Source: Sminthopsis crassicaudata
Lineage: Eukaryota
Length of the DNA stretch: 64,000 nucleotides
NCBI RefSeq assembly: GCF_048593235.1
Contig: NC_133618.1
Location: 494,593,675-494,657,674 of the forward strand
Direction of reading: 5' to 3'
Shown here: positions 43,129-56,449 of the stretch, one piece after another
How positions within the stretch are numbered: position 1 is the stretch's first letter
Layout of the letters: each line of letters starts with the position of its first letter
Translations under genes and position numbers: made by a program
Notes under the pieces: model-generated
What the model was told of the DNA's origin: nothing
The model's database searches: none
What the model saw: the letters and a program-made list of their open reading frames with translations, nothing else

Positions 43129-44240
43129 GGCTGGGCTGACCTGAGGAAAAGGCAGTCACAGGATTCATTCTCCCATTATAGGGTGCAATCCCTCCCCTGG
43201 GCCTCAGGGTTTCCCGTACCTGTGTGGAGTGGAGGTCAGTTCTGGCTCTGGTGGAGAAGGCAACTCAAGCCTCAGGATTCAGGTGCAGCTCCCCGAGTAG
43301 CCAGGTCCCTGAGAGAATCCAACTAGTACTGCTGGACAGGAGAACAAGAGGAAGGGACCTCCACCTTCCTTCCCATCCTTGATAGCCAGGCCTTTTCTGG
43401 AGATGTCAGTCTGTCTTACAGTACAGAGATTTGTCCTGGGAGCCCATCTTCTAACTCCACATTCCACCACCCATAGGATTTGGGGGAGGAGGAGAATGAT
43501 GGGGGGGTCAAAGCTTCTTTCACAGCAACCACATGACAGGCTAAGACTAGTGGGGTGACCGACCCCATCCCCCCACCCCTTTAGCTGCCTGGCAACAGGA
43601 GGCCTGCAACTCAGCCTCACTCCATGGTAACAGGAGCAAACACATTCCTGGGGACAGTCTGTGGTATCCTGGGCACCACTTAGGGAAGGGGGCAGCCCAA
43701 TACAGAGTGGGATTTAAAAAGCTGAGCTCCTTGGCCAAATGGAATCCCCTTGTGCCTTTTTCCATCTCTTACATCTAGAGAATCAGAGAATGACAGCTGT
43801 TATTCTTAGAATGCAGAATGTTAGAAAAAGTAGGGACCTTTATAAGAGAGAATGTCATAGATGGATAGAATACTAGAATGAAGAAAAATAGAAAATTAGA
43901 AATGGAAGAAACTTGAAGATACAAAAAAAGCAACTGGAAGGTCAGCTTGAGATATTACCTGAGCTTGCTCAACAGCCTGAGCTCCCCCAACCCCAGTGAT
44001 GCTAGCCCCAGTCCAGACCTGGTGATCCTCTGCCCATCGCCCTCCCCACAGTGTATTCAGACGTTTTCTGCGCATCCCCGGAGTCTCCTTAATTCCTCCC
44101 CCAGCTCAGATTCTGGGCAAGGTCTAGGCTTCCGGCCAGGGGGAGCGGATGCTGAGGATGGGGGTGGGGGGAGAAGGCGGAGAGAGGGGGAGGGGGGCGA
44201 AGATGAGGGGAGTAGGGGTGGGATATGTGCTGAGACTCAC

Positions 44241-44460
44241 GAGGCTGGGCCAAGGGGACGGGGGTCAGCTGCAGTCTCGTCTCGCCTGCAATGCCTTGAT
44301 CTGAGGAGAGAAGCGGGGCCAGGGTCTGTGAGGGCTACTTCGGATACTGCCGCCTTTATAGAGCGCTAGCCGCCACTCGTTTCCCCACCACACACATACA
44401 CACACGCCCCTCTCCTCCCCTCCTGAGTAGGGAGGGATCGGGGCGGGCTGACTAATGTGG
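44241..44460 (-). promoter_or_regulatory. PLTP core promoter and candidate non-coding exon 1 (about 44330-44241)
   Basis: TATAAA on the minus strand at 44360-44355; GC box GGGCGGG near 44441; donor CTC|GTGAGT at 44240; exon 2 acceptor at 43141-43142 leaves 12 nt of UTR before the ATG. Confidence 0.65.
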
Positions 44461-46806
44461 AGGAATGGTGGGGGGAGGGCCAAGCAGCCCGTGACTGATC
44501 CAGCCCAGGCAGACTAGTTGCTCCCAGAGACCTAGGAATGGGGCAAGGAAGCTCCTTCATCCATGGAGATTCATATTCATTTCATTCTCAGGACATCCTG
44601 TCTGGGGAAGTATGTCTCAGGAGGCCATTGTCCCCATTTTACAGATGAGAAAATTGTGCCTGAGAGACTAGTGACTTACCCAGTGGCAGAATTAGTAAAT
44701 GGTAGAGCTGGGACTCCCAGGAGTTCATCGGAGTCCAGCCCAGGACGATTTCCCCGGCTTCAGGCTTTGTCCAGTTCCCTTAGCTCCTGATTCTTACTTC
44801 CTCAAAATTCTCTTCTCATCTGATGTCCTCAGGTCCTGCCCTACTCCCCCCACTAAGTGTTGTCCCTTTTAGGTTTTTCCAAGCCAGACTTCCAGCTCAT
44901 TCAAAACTTTGCTGTGGAAACCCAGGCTAGTTACATTCTGAATTACTGTAGGATTTTAAATAGGAAAGGACCTTGGAAAGCATCACACACACACATATAC
45001 ACACGCATTCAATTTCACAGCAGAGGAAACTGAGAGGGTCAGAGCGGTGACATAATGTGCCTAACAATCACACAAACGGTAATTATCAAATCCAGGTCCT
45101 CTGATTCCAAATCCAGCCCCCTTTCCACTACTCATTCTCCTCTGGCCATTCACTACTCTTAAGCCAGTAGATACCTATTAGCTCAGCTTCCCCTCCACTT
45201 CCAACCCAGATACCAGAAGTCTCCCTTAGGAAAGTTTGTTCTCCTAGAAACATGCCCAGAGGTTTTATCAGATGCTGGAAAATGCCCAGGCTCATGTAGC
45301 AACCTGTCCACCTGGCTCAGGTCTTCCACAGTCCTCTCCAATTTGCTCTATGGGGTAACAGGGAGACTCAGAATCACTGGTTCCTTCTGATGACCTGATC
45401 TGATGCATAGTACAGGTTATTCAGCTGGGGTCCTCAGGCCAATCAAGCACCTTTCTATGCCATCTCTTTCCCCTCAGTCTCCTCCTCCTTCTCAGTTTCC
45501 ACTGGAAATGTTAGCTGGCTTTTAGATGCTTGAAGCTGGTTCCCTTCCCCCACTCCCTTTGGTATTCCCCATCTGTCCACTGTTTTAGGATTCTAGCTTG
45601 GCTTGGGGAAGCTGCATCGTCAGTATCTTTCCCAAAGACTCTCCCTTCTTCCCTTTATATTTGCATTCATGCACATACTTATCAGCTTCCCTTCCCTGAA
45701 ACCCAAGAGCTTGTTGCATGTGACTTTGTTAGGGTTTGGGTGTGTGAGGGTGAGCAGGGGAGACCCACGTAAAGGGGGAGAAGCTCCCAGAAGTATAGAC
45801 CTTGATTCATTCTGTGTACCAATAGGCCAAGTATTTCCACAAGCCTGCTCCAAGAATTCAGAGAACCACAGTGGGAAAATAATGAGGCTGCTGACTCTCC
45901 AGAGTTAAGTTTGTAGAGTTAGGAGAGGAGAAAGCACAATTGTTTAATGCTTTGGGTCGTGTGCAAAGATCTGAATTAAATTTCATTTTGATCTGTCCTC
46001 GTGCTTTGGTCTGGTAAAAAAATATATATATATAAATACTTGTATCTTTTTAAAATTTGTGGGTTTTTTTTCTTTTTATCCCTTTTAAAAATCCATGAAA
46101 CTCTTCCTGACATCTATTTGCTCATCTTTAAAATGAGAAAATTGGACCAGAAAATCTCTGAGGTCCCTCCCAGCCTTGATACTTTGCATTCATTCTACTC
46201 AGGTCTCATTGATATCTGCATTCTACCTTTAACATGGACTGCTTTATATTAGAATCAGACTATTTCATAAAAGGAGGGTGGTTGAACCAGATTATTGTTA
46301 TTGTGACTTTCCAGGACTAACATTCTAAGATTCCAAGTGTGTTAATATTCCCTGGGACACAACATAGGCTCTTTGAAGAGTTGAATTCATGTCTTATTTT
46401 ATCTCCCATAGTGCCAAATACAGAAATAGTACATAGTAGGTATTAAAAAAAATAACTAGTACTAAAGAAAGTATTGTTCTTATTAGGGTGGAGAGTTCAT
46501 CAGTCAGTCTCTCTCTCTATATACTAACTGTATATGTGAGGATGCATGCACACATTTCATGATTGTAAAAGGACTTTGAGCCTACAGGATGGCTTTCATG
46601 GATGGCCACTACAAAGTAAGGACTCTAGTAACCTGGAGGCCTGGGACTCCTCAAAGTTATGAAAGCCTTAAAGTTTATTTTGCTCTGTCCTGACAGGAAC
46701 CAGCCTTGTCCATATTTTTCCAGAAGATCTGGAGCTGGCTATCAGCCATGCATTCTTTCTATTCCTAATCTCTTAAGATTGAGTAATTCCCCATAAACAA
46801 AGAAAG

Positions 46807-46830
46807 TAAACTCTTTTAACCTCTTGACCT
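46807..46830 (-). promoter_or_regulatory. Candidate nuclear-receptor half-site array (DR2 + DR4, LXRE-like) upstream of PLTP
   Basis: Minus strand reads AGGTCA-ag-AGGTTA-aaag-AGTTTA, about 2.5 kb upstream of the inferred TSS. Confidence 0.45.
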
Positions 46831-47179
46831 CTTTTAATGCTTTAGTCCTTCTTGTACCCCTTTCTTTACAGGGGGGTCTTCATTGCTTTCCAACAGCCCA
46901 ATTCCTTCTTGATGTTTAATAAATCCCAGTTTCCGTTGCAGCTTTCCTTTCCTGCAACCTTCCCTGTCCCTGTGTCCTCCCCCTAGCCCCCACCCCCGCC
47001 CAATCCCTTCCTGATCTGTAAGATTTTTTATTTTTTTTTTTTACTTTAAGAAAAACTAATATCTTAGAATTGAGAATGACCTCAGAAGTTCATTCCCTAC
47101 AGGAATCCTGTGCACATTCCCATAAGAAATCATGCAGGCTCTGCTTGGAGACCTTCAACTAACTGGAGACAGTTTGTTT

Positions 47180-47410
47180 TTCAGTCTCATCTGACTCTTT
47201 GGGATCCCACTGCGGTTTTCTTGGCAAAAATATTGAACTAGTTTGCTCTTTCCTTTTCTAGTTCATTTTACAGATGAGGAATCAGAGGCGAACAGGGTTA
47301 AATGATTTGCCCAGAGTTACCCAGTTAAGAAGCATCTGAGGCTGCACCTGAACTCAGGTCCTTCTGACTCCAGGGCCAGTGCTGTATCCACTGAGCAACC
47401 TAGCTACCTC
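47180..47410 (-). mobile_element. CORE-SINE with RTE tail
   Basis: TTTTCTTGGCAAAAATATTG...TTTTACAGATGAGGAATCAGAGGC...TGAACTCAGGTCCTTCTGACTCCAGG...CCTAGCTACC. Confidence 0.7.
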
Positions 47411-47789
47411 ACTGGAGACACAATGGTTCAACTAGATAGTTTAATTGTTATGAATCACTCAAAACCTTAGGTTTTACAGTTAGATTAATTGTAGCTGTGA
47501 ATCAGGGATACATCCCCTCTTTCCATTCTGTCTTACTACCCCACTGAAAACTATAAAGATAAATTTATTTTTTCTCAGTGTCAATTTATAAATAGAAGGA
47601 GCCTTAGACAATATTTAGGCTAATTCCTGCTTTTTACAGATGATAAAATAAAGAGTTCTGGTATAATTCATTCATATTATAATAGGAAAATAATTCTTCC
47701 CTCCCCTCTTAATCTTTCTGTGGAATACCCTCCCTCTTAGAAGACTATCAAACTAGTAGGCAGTTTGTGAAGAAATAGATTTCTTGGGA

Positions 47790-48035
47790 GTAGCTGGATA
47801 GCTCAGGATATAGAGAGCTGGAAAGCATAGTCAGAAAGCCCCTGAGTTCAAATCCAGCCTCAGACATTAGCTATGTGATTCTTGAGCAAGTCATTTCACC
47901 CCATTTGCCTTAGTTTCCTCATCTATAAAGTGAGATAGAGAAGGAAATGAAAAATCACTCTAGTGTCTCTGCCAAGAAAACTCCACATGGGGTCAAAAAG
48001 AATTAGATATGACTGAAATAATTGAACAACAAGAA
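47790..48035 (+). mobile_element. CORE-SINE with RTE tail
   Basis: GTAGCTGGATAGC...GAGTTCAAATCCAGCCTCAGAC...GAGAAGGAAATG...GCCAAGAAAACTCC...GAACAACAA. Confidence 0.7.
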
Positions 48036-49738
48036 GATTTCTTGTTTTTCAACATCATAGAATAGCAGATTTGGAAGAACATCAAATGTCAGAGCCAGAA
48101 AAGACATTAGAACATTAAAATAAGTGGGACTTAAAAACACAGTTTTAGAAATGGAAAGGACTTTAGAAATGATTTGATCCAACCCTCTTATTTTATAGCT
48201 GAAAAAACTAAGGTCCTAAAACCATAGTTCAGGAGTCTTCCTACTATTGTATTTACCTTGTCTCATAATTAGCTCAATTGTAAAGGACTACACTGAAACG
48301 GCACAATAAGAAAAGCAGCAGAAAAATACATGTCCCCCACAAATTTTGGGTGTACTCTATCACAAATATATCATTGGGAAGAATGGCCATAGATAAGAAT
48401 TCAGAAGTGGAAAGGTACACTTTGGTATGTGACCAAGGTCATTTATAGCCCCACTGCTCAAGAATCCCTTTTTATCCAATGTCTTCTCCTGATATCTTTG
48501 CTATACATGGCAAGGCCTCCTCAGAATATGGTGTCTCTGTTTGATCACTCACTCTTTTGGGCCTCCTAAGCCTGCTGCTTAGACTGGGTGTGGTAAGTCA
48601 TGGTCTCCACTGCCTCTCCTTTGGGTTCAATTCATATCCTGCCTATGCACTTTTGGAAGGAATAGGCGCCCCCAACCTAGGACCAACAAATGCTTTGGCT
48701 CTGGGGCTTTCTATCACCTGAGCAAAATGCCAGCCCTAGACCCTCTGCGCCTCTTTCACACAGAATTTCTTTCCCAGACCAGGACTAAATAACAAAACTA
48801 TATATCATTTCTCCATTTTTGAGAACCAAGTCATTGCCTTTGTTGACTTCCAGATGTAATTCTCCAGAATGGCCTTGGTATTATTCATAATTGCTCCTCA
48901 GGGAAATTATAGGCAACTCTCAACCACAACTTGGAGGGAGGAAGTAGAAAAGACTTAGTGGACTGTTTCTTCTCCAGCTCTAAGGCTCTCTGGTGGGTGG
49001 TACACACTTCCTCCTTTCTAATACCTCACTGGGACAGTGGGCAGAAAGGAGCAGGATAAGGGGTTAGGAAATAAATCATACACTGGCTATTCTATATCAA
49101 GATTTAAAAGGTCACGTATAATCAATGGAGTGTGTGTTTTGGATTTTCAGAGCAGACAGTAAATGAAACCTGAATCTTAAGATACCAGATATCAAACTCA
49201 GGGTGCCTCAGAGATATTCAAACTAGTCATTGTTTTTTTTGTTTGTTTGTTTTTTTGTTTTTTTAATCTCATCTCACAGTCAAGATACTGAAGCTGGACA
49301 GTTTTTCATTTTGAGATGGCAGCTAGGGGATTTCAAAGCCTCAGACTCTTTCTCCTGATATACTCACCTCTAAGCCCTTCTTATGCCTACAGGACTTTGC
49401 ATAACTGGTACAATTCTCAAATTTCTTCAGCAGCCCAAAAAGAGAAAGATCTGAGGGGAGTGTGGATGGGAACCAGTGGGAGGGCCCTTTAGGAAGATTC
49501 TGGGTAGAAGGCACATTAGAGATCATCTTATTTTAGAGAGGAGTAAACTGAATCTTGGAAAGGGAACTTGCCCAAGATCAAAAAGCAATTTTATATCAGA
49601 GAAAAGCCTCATACCCAGTCTCCTGGTCATAAGATTAGGAGTTGAAAGAATCTTAGAATATAGGATACATAACAGCCCTTAAGCGGAGGACTTGAATTCA
49701 AATACAACCTCAGACACTTGTGTGATAGAGGGAGGTCA

Positions 49739-50180
49739 NNNNNNNNNNNNNNNNNNNNNNNNNNNNNNNNNNNNNNNNNNNNNNNNNNNNNNNNNNNNNN
49801 NNNNNNNNNNNNNNNNNNNNNNNNNNNNNNNNNNNNNNNNNNNNNNNNNNNNNNNNNNNNNNNNNNNNNNNNNNNNNNNNNNNNNNNNNNNNNNNNNNNN
49901 NNNNNNNNNNNNNNNNNNNNNNNNNNNNNNNNNNNNNNNNNNNNNNNNNNNNNNNNNNNNNNNNNNNNNNNNNNNNNNNNNNNNNNNNNNNNNNNNNNNN
50001 NNNNNNNNNNNNNNNNNNNNNNNNNNNNNNNNNNNNNNNNNNNNNNNNNNNNNNNNNNNNNNNNNNNNNNNNNNNNNNNNNNNNNNNNNNNNNNNNNNNN
50101 NNNNNNNNNNNNNNNNNNNNNNNNNNNNNNNNNNNNNNNNNNNNNNNNNNNNNNNNNNNNNNNNNNNNNNNNNNNNNNNN
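49739..50180. other. Assembly gap (442 N)
   Basis: Run of n bases; the left flank is a SINE fragment. Confidence 1.
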
Positions 50181-50990
50181 NAGGTCTTGGAAATCATGTA
50201 ATCTTGGGGGTTCAAGGATATAGACAGATTCCTCTTCCTGGATTTTCCTATAAGGATAACAGAAGGCAGGCACCCTTTCCCCCACTGCAGTAGAAAGAGC
50301 AAACTACTTGCATACAAGAGTCAGCACATGTATTGACTTATGTGAGTTTGAGACTATATCTCAAAGCCCTTCCTGCTTCTTTTGCTGTACTTCTGTCATG
50401 AGCATCAGTGATTAAACTTTGATCCTGTGGTAAACATTTTTAGCCTTGACATTTTTGTGGTTCTGAAAGGGTGGGTACTCTTGGGTCCTAAGTTGGTATA
50501 ATCTGTACATCAGGCCTGGCAAAGTTATTCTAGTACTAGTTGAAGAAGATGATTCTTGACAGGGGAATGAGAACTTTAGGTTAGGATGAAATGAGAATTC
50601 AAAAGTTGTTCAAAATATTTTATGGGTTTCTTTTTTTTTAACCAGTTGCATACTTGTGAATATTTTGTATTCTGCATTTCTTTTGTTGTAGAAGAAATAG
50701 ATGGTGGTTGATACATTATTATATGTCATACATTGTACATTATACATTGAATACCTTCTTTTGTTGAGACCTTAGACATGAATCAAATCTAAACTTTAAG
50801 TGCTTTTCCTTTGACTATTTTGGGTGGAATGTAAAGAGTCAATGAATATAAGAAAAAAAGAGAATCTGATCCTTACCTTCCAGGGCCAGACTTCCCCAGG
50901 ATTGAACCCAGTCCTCATGCATAAATCTAGCAACTCTTAGTGGAATATAAAAAATAGTTAAGTTCTTCAGTCTAACAGACAACAATATCT

Positions 50991-50993
<3 letters not shown>

Positions 50994-51027
<34 letters not shown>
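50994..51027. repeat. (TA)n microsatellite
   Basis: About 17 TA units. Confidence 0.95.
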
Positions 51028-51033
<6 letters not shown>

Positions 51034-52219
51034 AACATTTATAAAATGCTTTACAAATACTATTTCATCTGATCCCCATATCAGCTCTAGGAGGTAGATG
51101 CTATAATTATTCCCATTTTATAGATGAAAAAACAGATAGAAATTAGGGGACTTGCTTAGGATCACACAACTAATAAGTCTGAGGCTAGATTTGAAATCAA
51201 ATTTCCCTAATTCCAGGCCCAATGCTCTATCTACTTTGCCTTTCAGCAGTATTACATATAATGTATATATGTATATAGAATAAATATAAAGAGAATAAAT
51301 AAAAATAAATTCAAAGCATTTACATTTAGAAGGTTAAATACAGAATGGTCAAGGTAGGAAGACACTAACACTTGGGAGAGCCAGAAAAATTTCATGTGAT
51401 ACTTAAATTATGTCTTCAAGGAAGAGAGAGATTTTATGAGGCAGAAGTGAGGAGGAAGTGAATTCCAGTCCCAGGGGAAAACCAATGCAGAGGTATGGAG
51501 ATGGGAAATGGAGTATTATGAATGAGGGACAGACAGAAGGACAGTTTGACTGAAATCAAAATGAGAGTAAAATTAAACTGAAAAGATTAGTTGCACTGGT
51601 TTGTGAAAAGTTTTAAAAGATGAGTGACATCATCAAATATGAGCTTAAGGAAAATTATCTTAACAGGAGTATGGAGGATGACTTGTTAATAGATAAGTTC
51701 TTAAGACAGGGAGACTGATTAAAAAGAAATTTGTTGCAATACTAAAGTGAGGTGATAAGGGTCTGAAATAAGAGGATGGCTATGGACAGAGAGAGTAGGA
51801 TATAGGATGGTGTGATGTTAAAAATGGCAAGATATGGAAACTGATTATTTATGTGGAGTGAAAGAGGGTGAAGAATTGAGGATTAGGCCAAGGTTTTGAA
51901 CCTGGGAAACTGGAATGGTAGTACCTTTGTCAGAAATAGGGATGTTTGTAACACTTCCTTGTGTGACTGGGCAAGTCACTTAATCCCAATTGTCTCAGCA
52001 AAAAAGAAAGAAAGAAAGAAATAGGGATGTTTGGAGGAGGGAAGGTTTTGGAGAGAGTGATAATAAGTTCTCTTTAGCTATGGAAGTGCCAATTTTATTT
52101 GGTGTTAAGTTCAGAATAAAAAAATACAACTAAATAACAAAAGAAGTTAATGTATTATATTTTGGACATGTTGAGTTCAAGTAGCTCTGTGCTCTGTGGC
52201 AGCCAATTTGAAACATCCA

Positions 52220-53010
52220 AATAATCTAAAACCTTCAGTCTATAATGGGGATAAGCTAGAAACCTTCCAAATAAAATCAGAAGTAAAGTAAGAATGTCCA
52301 TTATCATTCAAGATTGTACTAGAATTGCTAGTTATAGCAATAAGAGAAGAAACAAATTGAAAGAGTTATAATGAGGCAATGAAGAAGTAAAACTATCACT
52401 TTTTACAGATGATATGATGGTAGACTTACAGAATCCTAGATAACCAATTAAAAAACTAGTTGAAATAACTGGCAATTTAGAAAGGTCATAAGATACAAAA
52501 TAAACCCACATAAATCATCAGAATTTATATTACTATTAAAGTTCAGGAGCAAGAGATAATGAAATTCCACTTAAAAATCATTGTAGACAATATAAACTAC
52601 TTAGAAGTTTACCTGCCAAGATAAATCCAGAAACTATATGAACACAATTACAAAATACTTTTCACAAAAATACAGTTCCAAAAACTGGGAAAATATTAAT
52701 TGCTGAGACAAAATAATAAAAATGGTAATTCTACCTAAATTAATTTGTTTATTCAGTGTATTATCAATCAAACTTACAAAAAGTTATTTATTCCCTTTGA
52801 ACCACCAATAGCACTACTAGGTCTGAATCCCAAACAGGTTTAAAATAAAAAAGGTAATGAACCTATAAGGATGTATATGTATAAAAATATTCATAGCAAC
52901 TCTTTTTTTTTTTTTTTTTGTGGTAGCAAAGAATTTAGAAGTGAGGATATGCTTGACAACTGGGGAATGGCTGAACAAGTTGATTATCATAGAATACTAT
53001 TGTGCTGTAA
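52220..53010 (+). mobile_element. Older L1 ORF2 fragments (RT region and C-terminus)
   Basis: AAACCTTCCAAATAAAATCAG...AAACTATCACTTTTTACAGATGATATGATGGTAGACTTACAGAATCC (KLSLFTDDMMV, resembling the L1 RT FADD motif); element continues after the 53025-53329 insertion. Confidence 0.75.
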
Positions 53011-53024
53011 GGAATGATGAGCAG

Positions 53025-53296
53025 ACAATGGGAAATTAATGTAAACTGTTATTTTTACCTTCTGAATCCAATTCTTCCTGTGCAACAAAAAATTCGGTTC
53101 TACACACATATATTGTATCTAAATTATACTGTAATATATTTAACATATATAAGACTGCTTGCCATCTGGGGGAGGGGTTTGGGGGAGGAAGGGAAAAAAT
53201 CTGAATAGAAGAAGTGCAAGGGATAATGTTGTAAAAAATTACCCATGCATATGTACTGTCAAAAAATGTTATAATTATAAAATAAAATAAAAATAA

Positions 53297-53329
<33 letters not shown>
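53025..53329 (+). mobile_element. Young, heavily 5'-truncated L1 3' end with long poly(A) and 16-bp TSD, nested in older L1
   Basis: AAGGAATGATGAGCAG at 53009-53024 and 53330-53345; L1 3' UTR motif GCCATCTGGGGGAGGGG...AAAATTACCCATGCATATG; pure A-run of about 28 nt. Confidence 0.9.
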
Positions 53330-53333
<4 letters not shown>

Positions 53334-53406
53334 AATGATGAGCAGGATGGTTTTAGAAAAACCTGTAAAGACTTACAGAACTGCAAAGTAAAATAAGCAG
53401 AATGAG

Positions 53407-53518
53407 TAGAACATTGGTACACAGTAACAGCAATGTTATACAATTATCAACTGTGATTGTACTAGAACATTGGTACACAGTAACAGCAATGTTATACAAT
53501 TATCAACTGTGATTGTAC
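53407..53518. repeat. Perfect tandem duplication of a 56-bp unit
   Basis: TAGAACATTGGTACACAGTAACAGCAATGTTATACAATTATCAACTGTGATTGTAC at 53407-53462 and 53463-53518. Confidence 0.95.
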
Positions 53519-53659
53519 TACCTAACTATAGTGATCTAAGAATTCTGAAAGACTTATGATGAAAAATGCTATCCACTTCTAGAGAAAGAATTGATAAAAT
53601 CTGAATGCAGATTGAAAAATACTTTTTTAAAACTTTATTTTTTAGGAAAACATTTTTGC

Positions 53660-54790
53660 AGTCAAAGGATCTGATAAAGGCTTCATTTTCAAAATGTATA
53701 GAGAATTTACTCTAATTTATAAGAAATCAAGTCATTCTCCAATTGATAAATGGTCAAAGGATATGAACAGACAATTCTCAGAAAAAGAAATTGAAACTGT
53801 TTCTAGCCATGTGAAAAGATGCTCCAAGTCATTATTAATCAGAGAAATCCAAATTAAGACAACTCTGAGATACCACTGCACACCTGTCCAGATTGGCTAG
53901 AATGACAGGGAAAGATAATGCAGAATGTTGGAGGGGATGTGGGAAAACTGGGACACTGATACATTGTTGGTGGAATTGTGAATACATCCAGCCATTCTGG
54001 AGAGCAATTTGGAATTATGCTCAAAAAGTTATCAAACTGTGCATACCCTTTGATCTAGCAGTGTTATTACTGGGCTTGTATCCCAGAGATTTTAAAGAAG
54101 GGAAAGGGGCCTGTATGTGCTAGAATGTTTGTGGCAGCCCTCTTTGTAGTGGCCAGAAACTGGAAACTACGTGGATGCCCATCAATTGGAGAATGGCTGA
54201 ATAAATTGTGGTATATGAATGTTATGGAATATTATTGTTCTGTAAGAAATGACCAGCAGGATGATTTCAGTGAGGCCTGGAGAGATGTACATGCGCTAAT
54301 GCTGAATGAAATGAGCAGGATCAGGAGATCATTATATATTTCAACAACCAAACTGTATGATGATCAATTCTGATGGACATGGCCCTCTTCAACAATGAGA
54401 TGAACCAAATCAGTTCCAATAGAGCAGTAATGAATTGAACCAGCTACACCTAGTGAAAGAACTCTGGAAAATGACAATGAACCACTACATAGAATTCCTA
54501 ATCCCTACATTTTTTTTGGTCTACATTTTTGATTTCCTTTACAGGCTAATTGTACACTATTTCAAAGTCTGATTCTTTTTGTACAGCAAAATAACTGTTT
54601 GGACATGTGTACATATATTGTATTTAATTTATATTTTAACATATTTAACATGTATTGGTCAACCTGCCATCTGGGGGAAGGGTGGGGGCAAGGAGGGGAA
54701 AAGTTGGAACAAAAGGTTTTGCAATTGTCAATGCTGAAAAATTACCTATGCATATATCTTGTAAATAAAAAGCTATAATAATAAAAAACT
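53660..54790 (+). mobile_element. Relatively young 5'-truncated L1 (ORF2 C-terminus plus 3' UTR)
   Basis: IYRELT...KSSHSPIDKWSKDMNRQFS...KRCSKSLLIREIQIKTTLRYH...ECWRGCGKTGTLIHCWW...MFVAALFVVARNWK...KLWYMNVMEYY; ends AATAAAAAGCTATAATAATAAAAAA. Confidence 0.9.
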
Positions 54791-55752
54791 TTTAAATAGT
54801 ATTTTATTTTTCAAATTACTGTAAAAGATAATTTTCAACATTAAATTTTGTAAGATTTTGAGTTTCAAAAAAAACTTTATTTTTTCTTTCTTTTTTTGTT
54901 TGTTTTATTTTACAATATGATTAACATGAAAATATTTTGTATGACTACAAATGTATAATTTAATTTTTAGTAAAGCTTTTTAATTTTTAAAACATGTGCA
55001 GATAATTTTTCAACATTGCCCCTTGTAAAACCTCGTGTTTCAATTCCACCCCCCTTTCTCCCTACCCTATTCCTTAGATGGCAAGTAATCTAATATATGT
55101 ATAACCTATTTTAAATGACTTGCTATCTCATGAAGGGGTTGAGGGAAGGAATGATGAAGTGAGAGAATTTAAAACTCAAAATTAAAAAAAATAAGATACA
55201 AAAATTTTAAAAATTTAGATGTAAAAAAAATTGAAAGAATATTTGTATAAAGGAAAAGCTAATAGCTTATGCAGGACTTAAGCTCAGGGGAAATCCTAAG
55301 ACTAGATATACACAGATACATGCATATACATATATGTGTGTGCATCTATCTGTGAATCATACTCAGAGAGATGATAATTAAATTCATGGAGCTTGATAGT
55401 ATCATTAAGAGAGAGAATATGAATCAAGACAAAGATATGAGGAATATTCAGTTAGGGGACATGATATTGATGATAATAAGTAATTAGACAGGTAAAGGAT
55501 AAGCAGGTGATAGTAACATCAAAAAAAGAGAGAAAAGAGTATTTTGAAAATTAAGATGACCAACAGTTTTATTTGAAGCAAACAGATTGAGAAAGAAGTG
55601 AACTTATACATGACCATTGTATTCAGCATTAAGAGATCATTGATAACACTAGTGAGAATTGTTCAGTTAATGAAGTCAGAAGCCAGAATGCAAAGGGATG
55701 AGATTTGAATGAAAAGAGAGGAAAAGAAAGCAGCGAGTATAGAGCATCATCC

Positions 55753-56449
55753 TGACGGGGTGAACCCTAAAACTGTCCTTGATTTTTGGGATGAGCCCTG
55801 AAACTCTCCTGATAGGGACCCATCCTTTGGGGCAGTTAAGTGGTTTCATTAAGATTGGCCCAGGAGCACTCCCTACTTAGCTCAAATTTAAGTGATCTCT
55901 TTTTGGAGATCTGGACCTGATATTTCTATTGAGTAGCTGCACCTTCTCGTGAGCTGAAAATTAGTCTAGGACCACTCCTGTTTAGCTCCAACTTAAGAGG
56001 TCTCATTCTACTGGAAATCTAGACCTGGGGGCAGTGACAACATTGAAGTAATTTCATTCAATTGAAACTTCAGTCTCAGATTTCCTATTAAAGAGCAATT
56101 TTGGGGTTATTTCTTTGCAGAAGCCTGAAGTAGGAATCATGCCATGCCAAAGGACCTCTCTCCCCTTGGCACAGCTGCCTACTAGGACCCCTGCCTGCGG
56201 TGAAGATACATTCTCTTTTCGGTATAAACCTTTTGTTATCTCTCTGCCAGGATTTTTCTGCTAGGACCTTTATCTCTCTTCCAGGACTGAGAAGTCAGTC
56301 TTCCTAGCAAAAGCTGGCTTCTGTAGTGCCAACAATAAACTTCCTTTTTTGCCAGTCTAATATTTTGGGTTCGTGAATTCTTTCACGTTGAACTTGTGCC
56401 GACCAAAGAGGGGGTCCTACAACTCTTTGCACTGCCACTAACCTCATCA
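55753..56449 (+). mobile_element. ERV LTR (about 697 bp), apparently a 5' LTR, followed by a partial tRNA-Glu primer-binding site
   Basis: Inverted termini TGACGGGG...CCTCATCA; AATAAA at 56334-56339; no flanking TSD; TGGTTCCCTG at 56452-56461. Confidence 0.8.

Noticed and set aside
44400-45000. Search for an FXR IR1 element like that described in the eutherian PLTP proximal promoter
   Set aside because: No convincing GGGTCA-n-TGACCC found; the region is partly occupied by a SINE fragment. A two-mismatch site at about 43553-43565 in intron 1 is too weak.
49692-50317. Four 169-193 aa ORFs
   Set aside because: Artefacts of translating through the 442-N gap.
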